Positions 61,326-64,000 of a stretch of DNA of 64,000 nucleotides are shown piece after piece. The translations under genes were made by a program, and so were the position numbers. Where the stretch lies: assembly GCA_902542145.1 (NCBI GenBank), contig CACBTL010000001.1, forward strand, positions 10,389 to 74,388. Direction: 5' to 3'. The DNA is from an uncultured SAR86 cluster bacterium. GTDB taxonomy: Bacteria; Pseudomonadota; Gammaproteobacteria; Magnimaribacterales; AG-339-G14. Each line of letters opens with the position of its first letter. Positions within the stretch are counted from its first letter, which is position 1. The notes under the pieces are model-generated. The model was not told where the DNA came from. It made no database searches and saw nothing but the letters and a program-made list of their open reading frames with translations.

Positions 61326-62962
61326 GTCTTCTTAATGAATATTGAAACAATTGCAAGGATAAGACTATATAAAAGAACAGTAAAGTGGACCAATAAAGAA
61401 GCACTAATCATTGAATCGATATTAATATTTTTATCAAAAGAATTTAGTCCAAATATTATGCCTCCCTCATATGTCCCCGTTCCTGCAAAGCCATGTATAG
61501 GTAGGATTGATGTTAATTCACCAAAAATAACGGCAACGAAAGAACCTTCTAAGCTTGCTGAAATCAAAGATAACAGAAGATAAGTGAGTGCAAATATTTT
61601 TATGCACCAAGCTAACAAAGACAAAATCAAAATTTCAATTTTTTCAAAAAGATTTTTTTTAATATCTCTTTCTTGCAATAAATAGCTTACTCCCAAGTAC
61701 CAACCAGCTAAAATTAAAATATTTAATATTAAAGAATAGTAGAAACTAAGAAAGACAAATAAAAACAAAAAAATGATTGATAGAAAATCTGTTAGCCTGA
61801 AAATAAAAAGTGCCCTGAGGGATATCTTATTATCGATCCCATAAGATTCTCTCAAAAGCAAAGGGAAAGAAAATTCTCCAATTCGCATAGGTAAGAAATT
61901 ATTTAAAAAGTTATGCAAGAAAGTGATTCGCATCACTCCTAGACTCTTTGTTTCCTTTTTAAAGAATCTTCTAATTCGAGCAGCCCTTATCAATAGGCTT
62001 AAAACCAAAAGACCTAATGCAACGGACACTAGGAGAAAATCCAAATTTTCTGTCATGAAAAGAAAGGAACTAAAAGATCCATATTGATAGATTAAATATA
62101 TGAATGTGGAAGAAATAAGCAAAGGCATAAAGATTTTAAAAAAATTACTCTGAGATACCTTTGTTTTGGTGAAATAGTCTAAAGCAATACTAAAAATGTT
62201 CTCTATTTTCAGTAAATTAAGAAATAAAAGGGGACTCAAGAAAATAAGAATGTATAACCAACCGATTTCATTTGCAAAATCATAGGTAGAAAAATTGCCA
62301 ATGAGCATTGTGTAAAGCGCGACGCTTAATAAAATAATGAAAAATACCGAATATAAAGTATCCAAAATTTTTGACGATCTATCTGCCAATGAAGCTAAGA
62401 GTAAAGGCAAGCTAAAACCCAAAGAAGCCCCAATCAGAATATCCATTGGCCAGTGAGCCCCAACTAATATCCTTGTAGAAGCAATAAGTGAAAAGGCGAA
62501 AATTAACAGTACAAAATAATTTTTTTTAATCATGCCTGAGACAACCAAACAAGAGAAAAATAAAAAGAGACTAAATGCGTGTCCGGAAGGCACGGATTGA
62601 GAAGTCAAAAGAGGCTCAATAACAAAAAATTCCTCTCTTGGCAGGATTGCTCCAGGTCTTGGAATATCCAGTAAAATTTTTAATCCCCTCGAGAGCAAGA
62701 TTCCAATCAGTGTAGATGAGATGATTAACCTGAAAAATTTTCTTGAATAATAAATGGGGATTACAGACGCAATCAGCAGAACGGCTGCGTTACCAAATTC
62801 GGTAAGAAAAGTGAGAGCTGTTTGATTTATAAAAGCTCCCGCACTATTTAGTCCAATAAAAATAAAATTATTTAGAGCAACTACAGGATCTAAATAATTC
62901 AAACCAATCAGAACCAGCGCCAAAGCAAAGATAATAAATCCTGTTTTGTGCTGCTGATTCAC
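61322..62962 (-). CDS. Membrane fusion protein: N-terminal PAP2 phosphatase domain plus C-terminal flippase-like (LPG_synthase_TM / UPF0104-like) domain
   Basis: 546 aa. All three PAP2 motifs are intact: K-ILLDIP-RP, PSGH, and (S)TR-ILVGA-H-WPM-D. The C-terminal half is polytopic, with RAARIRRFF and NNFLPMRIGEFSFPLLL resembling the MprF-type flippase-like family. Confidence 0.75.
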   Translation of the reverse strand: MNQQHKTGFIIFALALVLIGLNYLDPVVALNNFIFIGLNSAGAFINQTALTFLTEFGNAAVLLIASVIPIYYSRKFFRLIISSTLIGILLSRGLKILLDIPRPGAILPREEFFVIEPLLTSQSVPSGHAFSLFLFFSCLVVSGMIKKNYFVLLIFAFSLIASTRILVGAHWPMDILIGASLGFSLPLLLASLADRSSKILDTLYSVFFIILLSVALYTMLIGNFSTYDFANEIGWLYILIFLSPLLFLNLLKIENIFSIALDYFTKTKVSQSNFFKIFMPLLISSTFIYLIYQYGSFSSFLFMTENLDFLLVSVALGLLVLSLLIRAARIRRFFKKETKSLGVMRITFLHNFLNNFLPMRIGEFSFPLLLRESYGIDNKISLRALFIFRLTDFLSIIFLFLFVFLSFYYSLILNILILAGWYLGVSYLLQERDIKKNLFEKIEILILSLLAWCIKIFALTYLLLSLISASLEGSFVAVIFGELTSILPIHGFAGTGTYEGGIIFGLNSFDKNINIDSMISASLLVHFTVLLYSLILAIVSIFIKKT

Positions 62963-64000
62963 TCTTTTATCACCACAGAAATACCCGACCTATTATAAAT
63001 TTCTGTCACTGAGCCCAGCTCATCAATTTGATTGCTCCTTAAAAGAATTATTTGTCCATCATTATGATTTCTATAGGCAGTATCTCTTGCATATACTCCA
63101 AATGAGGGAAAGTTCATCTTGTACATGGCTAAAGGTTTATTCATATCTTTTACCTTAAATCCAGCCTGTTTGAATCGATCTTGGAATAGTCCTATGGCAC
63201 TTGGAAGAAAAATTAAATGAACACTAATCAAAAATAATAGAGATGAGATTATAAATTGGTTAAATTTAGAAAAGACCACAAATGAGATAATTCCAAGGAC
63301 TAGAAGAATTAATATTGGAATAAAGAAATTTGTTGGAGTGAAAAAAACCTCTATTTCCTCTCTCAAAACATTCCAAATAATATCTTTCTCTGAGGAAACC
63401 AGGGTTTCTAATATGAAAGGCATAGATGATATGAAGCCCAATAAAGAAATAAAAATTAGCATATTTATTCTTTTGCTTTGCTGCTTGAAATTAAGTGCCA
63501 TTAATATGAATAGTGGAGTTATTCCATAAAGCAAATAGTGCGGTAACTTAGTTGAAGATATTGAAAAAAAGAGTAATACCCATAAAAACCAAATCCAGAG
63601 AAAACTTTTAGTTTTGTCCTTGAAGTCTGTCTTAATTCTACCGACTACCGTGAAAAGACTATTCCAAAATGGAGCCACCAATAAAATCAAAATGACAAGA
63701 TAGTAATAAAATGGTCCTGAGTGGCCTTCAAAAGTCGATGTATACCTTTGAAAGTTATGTTTCAAAAAGAATCCTAGTATCGGATCTATGCCTTCGCTTA
63801 AATATAAATAGATAAACCACGGTGATGCAATGCAAAAAAAGACAAGCCATAAAAAAGGATTTAAAAGTTTTCTTAACGTTTCAGTTAAATATCCATTCCA
63901 CCAAGCCCAGAAAAATAATGCCCCTCCAGGCACGATTAAAATAGCGGGTCCTTTTGTTAAAAAGCCAAAGCCTGCAAGAATTGCTGCATAGTATAAATAC
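62959..64000 (-). CDS. ArnT/PMT-like GT-C glycosyltransferase; N-terminus lies beyond the right edge
   Basis: The frame stays open upstream of the track start to 64000 (...YLYYAAILAGFGFLTKGPAILIVPGGALFF...). Polytopic, with FEGHSGPFYYY and SSTKLPHYLLY motifs typical of ArnT-type lipid-linked-sugar transferases. Confidence 0.78.
   Translation of the reverse strand, partial: YLYYAAILAGFGFLTKGPAILIVPGGALFFWAWWNGYLTETLRKLLNPFLWLVFFCIASPWFIYLYLSEGIDPILGFFLKHNFQRYTSTFEGHSGPFYYYLVILILLVAPFWNSLFTVVGRIKTDFKDKTKSFLWIWFLWVLLFFSISSTKLPHYLLYGITPLFILMALNFKQQSKRINMLIFISLLGFISSMPFILETLVSSEKDIIWNVLREEIEVFFTPTNFFIPILILLVLGIISFVVFSKFNQFIISSLLFLISVHLIFLPSAIGLFQDRFKQAGFKVKDMNKPLAMYKMNFPSFGVYARDTAYRNHNDGQIILLRSNQIDELGSVTEIYNRSGISVVIKE

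Overview
AT-rich (about one-third G+C by eye, not computed), very densely packed bacterial chromosome segment. It is dominated by housekeeping genes. On the minus strand, about 12.2-41.3 kb is one uninterrupted translation/transcription super-cluster: tRNA-Tyr, tRNA-Thr, tuf, tRNA-Trp, secE, nusG, rplKAJL, rpoBC, rpsL, rpsG, fusA, then the S10, spc and alpha operons through rplQ. Flanking genes are smpB-ssrA, a prolyl oligopeptidase, rpsT, proB-obg-rpmA-rplU, fabAB, ssb/uvrA, birA, rraA, rnr-rlmB, lpxC-secA-argJ and yacG-coaE. From memory, gene order follows a Pseudomonas-type gammaproteobacterial layout with deletions (no tufA after fusA, no tRNA-Gly). This fits a streamlined low-GC marine gammaproteobacterium; that taxonomic call is an inference only. 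The only accessory-looking DNA is 52-64 kb. It holds an MFS / FMN hydroxy-acid oxidase / S46 peptidase operon, a D-aminoacylase-family gene, stand-alone tRNA-Ile(GAU) and tRNA-Ala(UGC) interleaved with protein genes, and a GT-C (ArnT-like) / PAP2::flippase-like fusion / ArnC-like GT2 operon cut by the right edge. I see no CRISPR array, transposase, integrase, prophage or recognisable defence/toxin system. The best candidate for something new is that envelope-glycolipid remodelling operon. The other notable points are compaction oddities: the tuf stop codon is shared with tRNA-Trp, the rraA tail is encoded antisense to a tRNA, 6 of 7 convergent junctions overlap, and several promoters are placed to give near-leaderless mRNAs. 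Three genes missing from the ORF track were recovered by hand: a partial NSS transporter, rpmJ and yacG.
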